From: Chiloscyllium plagiosum
Taxonomy: Eukaryota
NCBI RefSeq assembly: GCF_004010195.1
Contig: NC_057751.1
Coordinates: 7,840,137 to 7,904,136 of the forward strand
Length of the DNA: 64,000 nt
Reading direction: 5' to 3'
The notes below the pieces were generated by a model. The model was not told where the DNA came from. It ran no database searches and saw only the letters and a program-made list of their open reading frames with translations. A program made the position numbers and the translations under genes. Positions 50,166-61,510 of this stretch are shown here, piece by piece (the stretch's first letter is position 1; every line of letters starts with the position of its first letter).

Positions 50166-51439
50166 CAGAGAAGGAGATCGGGAGGGAAGTCCAGAGTTCT
50201 GCAGGAATGAAGATTGGAGACATACCACAGGCCAGAATTGGAACTGCGCAGGGACAATCAAAGGTCAAAGCTGTCAGCATCTCAGGGTTACAGAGTTTTG
50301 GGCACTCTTCACATGATCCTGCAAATGTGACCATCCCTTCTTCATTTCCTCCTTCATATACCATTACAACCAAGCTTCACTGCATCATCACTACCACATC
50401 CACAACGGGACTTTGAAAAGGACTCTCTGCAAAATGGTCAGCAGCAGGAGTGGGAATCAGGAACACTGGCTCAATTCTCCTCTCCTGCACATTTAATAAT
50501 GACAAGTTGGAACATTGGTACAGATATGACATACTGTTAAGTTAGATTCTTCCAAAAATAGAATCCAGTTCTTTCACAGAATAATATACAGCATAGACTG
50601 AAGCTGCTTGGACCATCAGTCCTGTCCTGCCGACTTGAAAGATCTATTCCATTATCCCAATCCATATCCAATCCAATCCAAATAGCCCTACAACCTGTCT
50701 TCTCTCCTCAGTAACTAACAAACCACTCCTCAGAAAATGTTCTGGAATTTGTTTCTGCGTGCCTTCCCAAGGTCGAGAGCATGAGTGTGCACCAACACAC
50801 TTATTTGCACACTTTTATGAACTTTCACGTTAAATAATGCGTGAGGCTCGAATGTAGAAAGGTAAATGTTATGACAGTTCCTGGAACAGGTCTCCATAAG
50901 TTGTAATTAGGAGCTGGAAATTTGCTCAGCCTGCATTAAGTCAGGCATGTTAACTTCACTTGCCAACACTGACACCCACTGCAGAAGCCTCTCCATCAGG
51001 CACTTGCTCATAAATAAAGCAAATGGTTATTCTTAGTCCTCATCAGCATATTTACCCACACACGTGGGCACACTGGAGTAAACAGCACTCCTCGCTTCAG
51101 GCAGCACAAATGTCAAGCTATAAATTTCAAAAGACCACTTCTTTGCTTGTGAAATTCAAAGTACATTTGATTCCAACGCCAAGTGTGACAAACACAAAGC
51201 TAAGGAATCCTGAACAATCATTATCTGATAACAAGAGTTGTTGGAATGGTTGATATAAGGATTTCCTTTTATGATTCAGGATTGATTACAAAAACAAAGT
51301 GCAGAAACTACTGCTGGCAATATAAGGGTGTTAATATTTTACACATTTATACATCACCATTTCTATTGTTTTAACAGGAGAATTAATCTGTTAATATTAA
51401 ATGGGATTTGCTCTTATTGAAATGTTATATCAACATATT

Positions 51440-51760
51440 AGTAGGTTAAGGGGAGATCTGATCCAAGTCTGCAAGATGTGACAGGAAATAACAGAGGACT
51501 TCAAGCCACTGATTGGGGATTGTACAATGAGGGAGCTGAGTGTGAGAATTTGGGCCAGACCATCCAGTAGAGATATCAAAAAGCATTTGTGCTCACAAAG
51601 GATAATAAAGGTTTCTAACTCTCTTCCACAAATGACAGTGGATGATGGATCAGTTGTGAATTTTGAACATGAGGCAAAGGCAGATAATCTGAGATCAACC
51701 ATTATCTCATTAAATGACAGAACAGGCTCAAGCTGCTTGAATAGGCCACTCATGTTCCTC
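51440..51760 (+). mobile_element. Old CR1 3' fragment
   Basis: SQRIIKVSNSLPQMTVD resembles the QRVV..WN.LP motif. Confidence 0.65.
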
Positions 51761-52139
51761 CGCTAACCACCCATTTTCGAATTTTTATTTTCACTACTTC
51801 ATCTATTAACGTTTGAAAATGAGAATTGTTGGCGAGGTCAGCAATTATTTCTCATCCATGACTGTGTTTCTCAGGTAGCCACCTTATGAGGTATTGCTCT
51901 CCATGTGGTCTCAGTTGACCCACTATGCTTTTAGACAGAGAGCTCTATGGTTGCAATCCTGCCCTGAAGGAATGGCGATATACCTTGAAGTAAGGCTGGT
52001 GTGTGGCTTCAACAGGCACTCTGAGGTGATGGCGTTCCCACAGACACCATGCCCTCACCCTTTGAGGTGGCTGGTTTGGCAGCTTGCCAATCAAGCTTTG
52101 GTGGGTCATTGCAATGCATCTTGAAGATGGCACACACTC

Positions 52140-52720
52140 AAGTCAAAGAGTAATGCAACACGGGAACAGATCCATGATCCAACTTGTCCATGCTGACCAA
52201 GTACCCCCAACTGAACTCGTCCCATTTGCCTGCAGATGCTTCCAGCTAAACATTTCCTATTCACGTACCTGGCCAAAAGTCCTTTACACCTAATAATTGC
52301 ATCCACCTCCATCACTTCCTCTGGCCGCTCATTCCATACACCCAACAGCCTCAATGATAAGGGTGCCTTTGAGGTGCCTTTTAAATCTTTCCCCTCACAC
52401 CTTAAAGATATGCTCTCCAGTTTTGGACTCCTATAACCTGGGAAAAAGACCTTGTCAGTTCATCCTATCCGTGCTCCACCACGATTTTGTAAACCTCGAG
52501 AAGTTCAGCCCTCAGCATCCGACAGTCCAGGGAAAAATGTCCCAGCGTATCCAGCCCCTCTTCAAAACTCAAACCTTCCACTCCTGACAACATCCTTGGG
52601 CCATTTCTAGCTGAACAACATCCTTTGTACAGCAGTGTGACCCTGACCTGAACACAGCTTTCCAAAAGTGGCCTCACCAAAGTCCTGCACAGCTGCAATG
52701 TGATGTCCCAACTCCAGCAT
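52140..52720 (-). mobile_element. CR1 LINE 3' end
   Basis: ORFs LQLCRTLVRPLLESCVQ and LGVWNERPEEVME. Confidence 0.85.
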
Positions 52721-53839
52721 GCAAGGGAGTGAAATTTCAAGGCAGCACTGTCAACATTTAACCATTAATACTGCCAAAATAGATTTTTAAGTCCGTTAAG
52801 CAAGAAACAACAGCTTAATTCCCCCCACCCCACCCCCAATCATGTCAGTTGTCCTTGACTCTTCTCAAGCCGACACCCGCAACATAGGTAGATGTTCATC
52901 AAGTGTTGCCAAGGAAAGACTACTGAAACCGGGAAATAATGGGACTGGTCTGAACTCATCTTCCATCCCTCAGTGTGTGACTCCAGTTCAGACAAGGACC
53001 ATCATTTCCAGTTTCATGGTTTCTGATCGTGGCTTCATCTGCCCTGTCAAGTGGACATCTACGTCCAGTGAACAGATTACATGGTATCTCGATGGCCAAG
53101 AGGATGAAAAATTAGGGGTGTTGTTGGGGGAGGGTGGGTGGGTATGCAGGAATGTAGAAGTTGAGGTTAACATCAGACCAGACATGATCTTATTGAATGA
53201 TGGAGCAGGTTCGGAGGGCCAAGCGGCCTTCTCTTGTTCCCATATTTCTTTCACAACAATGCTGTGGTGGGGTCTTGCTCGACCCAAGTTGAAGTGGAAG
53301 GAGTTGGAATAGACAGGACGCATGATTTTCAGAAGTAGACTTGCACAGAGATAAAGATAAAAGAGGTGGTAATATTTCAAAATAAGAAGCAGCTTTTGAC
53401 GCATGAGGTGCTTGTGGGGTTCCATAAAGGATTGGGTGAGAGAAAAAAGTGAAGACTTAGATTTTGTGCAGATCACTTTATCATCACATACATGTTCCAC
53501 AGTATTAGTCTGAAACACATACTTTCTTTCTTCAGAGAGAAGAATGGAGCACACCTGAGAATCCCAGACCTGTGTCAATATCATCTGAATTGTACTGTTC
53601 AGGTTAATGTCATGATGCCCGCTCAAATTGTCACTGGACAAGACAGATGCCAGACTGAAACCTGGGCTTGATCGATCATATTTGGTTTTGGTTTTAACAA
53701 AGTGGAATCTCACTGAACCATAAGCATGCAAATCTGCATACTTTGCTATAACAAGACAGAAGTTTCTGACCAAAACAAGTGAAGATAAAAAAGTATCATT
53801 TTTGCAGCACAAATACAAATATTTTCACGAATAACCATA

Positions 53840-54160
53840 CAATTCAGCACTGTGTGGAAACAGGCTATTTGGCTCAAATAGTCCACACCAACCCTCCGAA
53901 AGGACATCCCACCCAGAATCATCCCCCTCTCCTGTCTCTGTAACCCTGCATTTCCCATGACTAATCCACCTAGCCTGCACATCCCTGGACACTACACCCA
54001 ACTTAAAATGGCCAATCCACCTAACTTGCACTGTGGGAGGAAACCCACACAGATACAGGAGAATGTGCAAGCTCCACACAGACAGTTGCCCAAGGCTGGA
54101 CCTGAACCCAGGTCCCTGGTGCAGTGAGGCAGCAGTGCAAACCACTGAGCCGCCGTGCCA
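53840..54160 (-). mobile_element. HE1/V-SINE, near full length
   Basis: Minus-strand head tggcacggcggctcagtggtttgcactgctgcctca and V-domain. Confidence 0.85.
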
Positions 54161-55849
54161 CATTTTGATGCACGCAGTAAAATTTGCAAATCACTCCTCA
54201 CAAATTTACAAGAAAAGCAGCACCTTCTGCACTGCACCGAAAACACACCTCGTATAATGTCTGAAATCTCTGCTCATTTTGTATTCAGACCAAAGTACTT
54301 TTCTCTAACACCTTGACAGTTTTCAGTCATTTATGACTTCAACTTGTACAGTGGAACTACAGAGAGCTTCCTCCTGGATTGCACCTGATCTTAAATGCAC
54401 TTAGCTTTAAGCAAACTCTTCAAAGTTTAATCCCAACATACCAATCTAAAACTAACACTTACTATCTCCTCCAAGGTAATCAAGTTCACATCCCTCTCAG
54501 GAGCACTGGCAGATACAGTCAGGCTACTCCTAGTATTTCTCAGCACTGCTCCAAAGTCTTAAGCAAACTAAATTTTAAAAATTCCCTTCAGTTTGAAAAG
54601 AAACGAATGCCAGAAATCTTTGGCATGACTGATTTTTCTTCGTTGCAAAACACTGTGAGGTGAACAAAAATCCGTTGTTTCTGAAACCAGGTCTCAAAAG
54701 TCGCTTTCAAAGAAATCACCATTGCTACAGAAACGTTTGCAATTATTAACTTCAGACATGTGGAAAACCCACCTGTGATGAATGCAAAGTCAAAAGAAAA
54801 ACAAACTCACAACAGATTCACAGATCAAAACAGCACACACGAGGACCTTCGGCCCATTGAGTCTGTGACGATCCACCTACACTAATCCCACTTATCAACA
54901 TTTGGCCGATAGCCTTGAATGTTATCACATTTCAATTACTCAACCATGTTTTCTCAAATTATATGAAGAATCAGAATTAGCTTTACAATCACATGCAGTA
55001 CAGTGAAAAGTCTATGAGTCGCCACTTACGGTGCCAATTTAGGTACCAAATTAGAAAAGTAAAGAAATAAGACCTCCAGAGTTACAATCCATCCAACCCA
55101 GTCCATGCCAGCACCTAGCCTTTAGTCTGTACCAGGCCATGACTCCAGGTCACACCAGGCTTCACCTCAATGCTGGGGGACCACTCTAGAATCATCTTGA
55201 GGCTGGACATCCACGCTGAGGCTACGCGGAGCCACTGAATACATAAATCGCAGAGTTTACATCATATTAAAGATTTCAAAGGATGGTGCATGCAGATACA
55301 TTCTGTATATCAAGCAGGCAGAGGACTGGAATGCTATGCCGCGTCACAGTTGGAGGCAGAGCTGTATCAAAAAAGGATCGGTGTGTTCTTTCATGCACAG
55401 ATCCAGTTAACATTCAAAATATCCTGAAGCATCGAGGAAATACTCTCTGAACTGTCGTCACTCTTGTAATAGAAGAAATAAAGCAGCCAGTTAGCGCACA
55501 ATAGAGAGTCCCACCAGCAAACAACCTGACTTGTTTTCAAACTTTTAATGGAAGACAAGTATGCGCCAAGTGGAACTCTTGAGCAGCTCTCTTTCCAAGT
55601 TATGGCTGTACAATCATTTACTTCCACCTGGTCGGATGGGGGTTTGAAACTGAACAATGATACACTCATGCAGCACAGAAGACGCCATTTGGCCCATCAG
55701 GTCTGCACCGCCCTATACCGCACTGAGCCCACAGCCTTGAACGTTATTATATTTCAGTTGCCTTTTCAACGCTGTCACGTTGTACCATTACATTCAAGGT
55801 AATGGGCCTTGTGCAGGAAGGTAGGCAGTAGTGTATTTCTAGCAGTACA

Positions 55850-56270
55850 GACTTGATGGGCTGAGAGGCCTCTTCTGTACTGTGTGATTCTATGATTCCA
55901 GTCTTTACTGTCCCCCCAGGCACTGCATTCCAGATTCTCACCACCTCTGGGTGAAAACAAGTTTGCTCAAATCCCCTTCCCTTCACCTTAAGATTATGCC
56001 ACTTTGGCACTGACCCTTCAACAAAAGGGGAACAGCTGTGTCCCACCCACCCAGTCCATGCCCGCCATAGCCTTAGACACCTCCAACAGTTTCCACACCT
56101 CAGCTCTCACCACTCTGAAGAAAGCGGCCTGAGCCCGTCCAGCCTCTCTTCATCGTGAGAATGCTCCAGCTCAGGAAGTATCCTGCTCAGCCTCCTCCGC
56201 ACCCCCTCCAGTGCAATCACAGCCTTCCTCGAATGTGGTGACCAGAACTGCACACAGCACTCTAGCTGAA
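55850..56270 (-). mobile_element. CR1 LINE 3' fragment
   Basis: QLECCVQFWSPHSRKAVIALEGVRRRLSRILPELE; VVRIWNAVPG. Confidence 0.8.
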
Positions 56271-56612
56271 AGGGATGCAAAATTTTCCTCAGCTCCGACA
56301 TAACCTCTCTGACCTCTCCGTCGCAGGGGATAGAGGGAAATGCTGCCTCAGTGATGTCATTGACCTGTCAAAGGACCTCAAAGGACCTTTGGACAAGCAC
56401 CCAAGATCCCGCTGCTCCACTGAGCTTCCTAGTCTTGTTCCCGAGAAGGCAGGGACTGCAGGACCCCCGAGGGTGAGCCTAGGTTCCTGGAGGGGAGTTT
56501 CAAGCCACGCTTTCTGACTGGGCTGGAATCAGTGCCGAGTGGGATGGCTTCTGTTGTGCCAACGCTCCGTTGGGGATCAGATCATCTCAGACTTGACCCC
56601 AACAAAACAGAG

Positions 56613-56803
56613 AGAAGGTGAGCCCTGCAGATGCTGGAGATCAGGGTCGAAGAGTGTGGTGCTGGAACAGCACAGCCTGTCAGGCAGCATTCGAGGAGCA
56701 GGAGAATCAACGTTTCCTGAAAAGCTTATGCTCAAAACGTCGATTCTCTTGCTCCTCGGATACTGTCTGACTGGCTGTGCTTTTCCAGCACCACACTCTT
56801 CGA
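56613..56803. mobile_element. Penelope-derived fold-back element, family A
   Basis: Tail on the left, inverted arms, core partly deleted; flanking near-direct repeat gaccccaacaaaacagag / gaccccaccaaaacacag (56595-56612, 56802-56819). Confidence 0.8.
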
Positions 56804-57587
56804 CCCCACCAAAACACAGCTCAATGTCAATATTTTGCCAATGGTCTACCAGAATACAAACAAATTCACCATTACTGTTGCCACTTTTTGAATTTAGACA
56901 TGAAATATGAAACGTCAGAAAACTACATGTTCACACAAAAGACACATCTGTTCAAAAAAAACACCAAAAACAAACATTTTACCAAGTTCAAAATTTTCTG
57001 CACAGCACTTTTTTTTTTGGACTATTTTCTAATCTTTCAAAAGAGAGAGAGGGCAGGATTTTCTCAGTCATTAATATTTGATGCATCAGTATGTGGTTTT
57101 GACTCAGTGTTATGTGGATATGAAATGCCATTTATTCGTTTGAGGCATTCTTGGACAACTGCACTCGGGGGATCCCGATGGAGTGAGACTTCCATCGTTG
57201 TAAAACACAATGATTCAAGTCAAATGGAGACACAACATTAAGGACATAAACAACAATTTTAACCGAGTGAAAAGCAAGTTTTTAACCTATACTTATTTAT
57301 TGAAAGGGGAATAAAGAATTGGAACAACGAGACATTGAACCCGTTTGTGAGATCTCAAACTGGATTTACACATGGAGCTATGTGAGCTGAGATAACAATG
57401 GTTGGAACGTGCTTTTGTCTGTGTTCATGGCTCACCAGGCAATATTTTTGCATGTCAGTCCAAAAATTGTGACCTTATTTACCTTCCTATCCCCTTTCCT
57501 CTCCCTCCGGGTTTTCGGTACATAAAGTAGGGTGTCACTAAGATACAGGACCAATTCAATGCTGGCGTTATGATCCTTTCAGTTGCA

Positions 57588-58423
57588 TGTGAAACTGTGG
57601 TTAAGGTCAGTTGTTTCAGGTTGACAATGTGCTACACCAGTGCTGAAAGAAGTTATCAATTTCATTTATCATTTACCTCCTTGAGACATTGCAAATGAAA
57701 ACAATCTCACATCTGTTGGTGGGACCTTGCTGTGTGTGTCAGTGCAGTTCTGAGTGCTCAGTCTTTTATTTTGGTTCTTAGTTTCGCATTAGCTTTTTAC
57801 TTTGCACAGTCCTGCAGATGTTGTCTGAATCCAGTGGACAAACCCCAAGGCAGGAGTTGCCGGCAAGAATTGGTGGGAGACGGAACTTCGCAGTCTGAGC
57901 CACAGCAATCCAAGACGTGGCGACTGCAGTGTAGAGTCATACAGTACAGAAGCAGACTCGTCGGTCCAACCAGTCCACGCCTACCATAACCCCAAAGTCC
58001 CATCTTCCTGCACTTGGCCCTTGAATGCGAAATAGGAGCAAGATTGGACCACTCAGGCCTCATGTTGAAAAGTGTGGTGCTGGAAAAGCGCAGCAGGCCA
58101 GGCAGCATTCGAGGAGCAGGAGAATCGACGTTTCGGGCATGAGCCCTTCTTCAGGAATGACTTTAGACAATATTCGCAGGATTGTGCAAAGTAAAAAGCT
58201 AATGCAAAACTAAGAACCAAAACAAAAGACAGAGCACTTAGGGAACAGCACTGACACACACAGCAAGATCCCACCAACAGAGGTCAGTTGTTTTTTTTCA
58301 TTTGCAATGTGTCAAGGAACGTTGGTTGAGGAGGGTAAATGATAAATGAAATTGATAACTTCTTTCAGCACTGGTGTAGCACATTGTCAACCTGAAACAA
58401 CTGACCTTAACCACAGTTTCACA
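57588..58423. repeat. Long inverted duplication (arms 57588-57826 and 58165-58423)
   Basis: Arms are reverse complements; the outer 90 bp are identical and the inner part has substitutions and indels. Confidence 0.93.
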
Positions 58424-58463
58424 CTTTTCTTATCTCCAGCATCTGCAGTCCTCACTTTCTCCT
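58066..58463. mobile_element. Family A element containing an inverted copy of flanking DNA, 16-bp TSD
   Basis: TSD cactcaggcctcatgt at 58050-58065 and 58464-58479; arm 58066-58160 with an intact minus-strand hammerhead (58122-58159); tail ~58430-58462. Confidence 0.85.
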
Positions 58464-58499
58464 CACTCAGGCCTCATGTCTGCTCCACCATCCTACAAG

Positions 58500-58950
58500 A
58501 TCAGAAGGCCACAAGATCAAGGAACAGAATTAGGCCATTCAGCCCATCAGATCTGCTCCACTGTTGGATCACAGCTGATATGGTTCTCAACCCCATTCTC
58601 TTGCCTTCTCCCCATAACCTTTGATTCCCTTACCAATAGAGAACCTTACTATCACTGTCAAAAATACACTCCACGACTTGGCCTCCACTGCCCTCGATGG
58701 CAATGAGTTCCACGAATTCGCCACCCTCTGGATGAAGAAATTCTTCAAGTCACTTCTAAATGGTTGTCCCTTCACTCTGAGGCTCAGGTCCAAGACTCGC
58801 TGATGAGTGGAGACTTCTCCACGTCCACTCCATCCAGTCTCTCAGTATTCAGTTTCAGTCAGGTCCGCCCCTCGTTCCTCCGAACTCTGAGTACAGACTC
58901 AGAGTTCTCAACCATTCCTTCATCCCTGGAATCATTCTTGTTCTTCGGCC
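58500..58950 (-). mobile_element. CR1 LINE 3' end
   Basis: ORF SLRVKGQPFRSDLKNFFIQRVANSWNSLPSRAVEA. Confidence 0.85.
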
Positions 58951-59614
58951 CCCCTCCATTGTCAACACATCATTCTTTTAATCAGGGCTAACTTGATGAC
59001 TCTAGATGCCCATAAACCCTCAACAACTTCCAACATTTAAGTATCTAACAGGGAGTATCACGCAATATGTGACAGCATGATTGTCACTCAACTGTGAGAG
59101 CTTTGTTTATGTTACAATTCCCCGTAAGGAGCTATTAACACTGGCAGTACCCCACATTGTCTCCTTGAAGAATCATGTGGACTAACACGTAGGGACCAAC
59201 TCCGTTACAATGACATTAATAGCTGCATTAATACATTGTCCAAAGTATAAAATTCCGGCAAGCGTCCAACAAATCAACACCGGGAATTCACTGAAAAGTC
59301 TGAAGACTTTCTCCTCTATTCTTCTCTTTGGTGTGATGCTCGAGGTCTGATCGACAGGCTCCAGGTCTCAACTCTGATTGGCACAGAGGTGGTGTATTCT
59401 TAAAGCAGGCTTCTCAAATGCATCAGTATCCTAGCTGAGCATAATCCTTTTCCTCACCAAACATTGCCCTCGCAACTCTAGGAGTCCCGAGGTACTCCTT
59501 AAACGTAGCTGCTGAAAATTTCTGTCTTAAGAATCCAGCACCTAAACAATCTGCCTTAATCCTACCCAAGTCAATTGACAGCCTATCATGCTTCCAGGCT
59601 ATCAGTGCAAAGCT

Positions 59615-59805
59615 GTGTAGGTTAGGTGGTTTGGCCATGCTAAATTGTCCATCGTGTCCAGGCATGTGCAGGCAGTGTGGATCAGCCACGGGAAATGCAG
59701 GGTTACAGGATTAGGGTAGAGTAGGTAGGTCTGAGTGGGATGCTGTTTGGAGGGCCAGTGTGGGCTCAATGGGCTAAATGGCCTGCTTCCACACTGCTGT
59801 GATTC
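59615..59805 (+). mobile_element. HE1/V-SINE 3' half
   Basis: ggttaggtggtttggccatgctaaattg...aatggcctgcttccacactg. Confidence 0.78.
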
Positions 59806-60109
59806 AATGCTTCTCCAACGGGCAACACAGCTTGAATCTCCAAGGAAACCCCCATCTGCAGTTCAGGAAATTCATGGCCAAATGATAAATGCAAGATGAA
59901 TTTCGAATCAGCCCTCACAGTCAAGGGAAATACAATAACCCATGTGACAAAAAAGTACACTAAAGAGGGATTTGTTCCATCCTCTTTCTTCTGAAGACAC
60001 AAGTTATAAATCTGGTGCCAAGGTGTCTGCAACACGGAAAGCAGAGTCCAAAGCTTTGAGGTTAATTTTAAACTTGACAAAAGAATCATGAGTGGGTGGA
60101 ATCAGGGTC

Positions 60110-60540
60110 TTACAGACTCAGGGTTTTAATTTTGTTTTCAGTTGTTGAATTTGGCGTTTTGGAGTTGAAGCTGCCTCCGCTTTTTCTTTCTCCTGAACTG
60201 GAGAAGATTGCAAGTGAGGGAAGTCTGTTTTGCTGTATTTGCCTTTGCCAAGGGTGTGTTTATGGGATGCTGCAACATTGGAACGGTTGGTGAATAGTGG
60301 TTAAATAATATGTTCGTTTGTTAAGTTTTGATAAAGTTGAAGTCACGCCAATTCTTTTTATCAGTTTGTGTTTCAACTGTAGTGTGAGAATAAAGTCCGT
60401 TCTCATTAAAGGTCAGTAGTTTGGTCAACTGAAATGCATCTGGAACGCAGCGCCTTACTCTTGCCTTTCGAAAACATAAAAGTCAGGGTCGAGGTTATCT
60501 CCTTGATACATTTTGATGGGGTTTGGTTTGGTCTCTAACA
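60110..60540 (+). mobile_element. Solo-LTR-like dispersed repeat
   Basis: Homologous to 38352-38872; has aataaa and ends ...ggtctctaaca. Confidence 0.5.
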
Positions 60541-60561
60541 CCAATAAGACACCACTATGGA

Positions 60562-60783
60562 AAGTGAGGATTGCAGATGCTGGAGAGTCTGAGTTGAAAA
60601 GGGTGGTGCTGGAAAAGCACAGTAGGTCAGGTAGCATCCGAGGAGCAGGAGAGTCAATGTTTCAGGCAGAAGGCCTACATCAGGAATGTGATGATAAAGG
60701 GCTTATGCCTGAATCGTCGACTCTCCTTCTCCTCAGATGCTGGCTGACCTGCTGTGCTTTTCCAGCGCCACCCTTTTCAACAC
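60562..60783. mobile_element. Penelope-derived fold-back element, family A
   Basis: Tail on the left, inverted arms, decayed cores; TSD caccac(t/a)atgga at 60550-60561 and 60784-60795. Confidence 0.83.
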
Positions 60784-61219
60784 CACCACAATGGATGTAG
60801 GTTTGCTCAATCTGAACCTCAACCTGAGCTACACATCTTCTCAAAACTCACTACCACCACTATCCAATGAACTCAACCCACAGTCACAACTCACAAACGT
60901 TACCTTATGCCATGTTTCACGGTTGCTGACATCCCACCATGAGCAAGCAGCTTCTGCACTCAGGACAAAACAGTTGCAAAGGACAAAGACAATGGAAATG
61001 GAAAAATTGATTTAATTCAACCAACCAGAGAGACCGCCCTCTGTCAAACCAATCACTCTGGTTTCAAAATCATTCTGCCAAACATCCCTCCAAAAACACC
61101 TGGAGCCATGCCAGATCTAGCCCACATGGGAAACCAGATCCACTGTCATGTGGTTGTTTCTTCAACTGCTGTTGACCCTTGAACTAACTCCATCAAATGA
61201 CTTGATGGGCAAAATGAAC

Positions 61220-61510
61220 AGGCGGGAGGCTGGAAGAATACAGCAAGCCAGGCAGCATCAGAAAGTAGAGATATCGATGTTTCAGATGTCACCCTTTTTC
61301 AGGGCTAGGGGTGGGTGTGGGGGGGAACTGCAGATAAAGGGGGTGGCGGGGGCAGGGTGGTGAAGTGGGGATAGGTGAAGACAGGTACAACCTGGTTGGT
61401 CAATGGGAGGAATGAATCTGGTTGGTAGCGGGGAGCAGTGGAAGGGATGGGGAGAGGCTGGGAAGTTATTTGAAATTGGAGAACTCAGTGTTGAGTGCTC
61501 CGGGCAAAAG
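61220..61510 (-). mobile_element. Penelope-like element 3' end, family C
   Basis: Minus-strand PGALNTEFSNFK* (PLE ORF end), pyrimidine-rich UTR, decayed core ctgaaaaagggtgacatctgaaacatc and the family C terminus. Confidence 0.72.
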
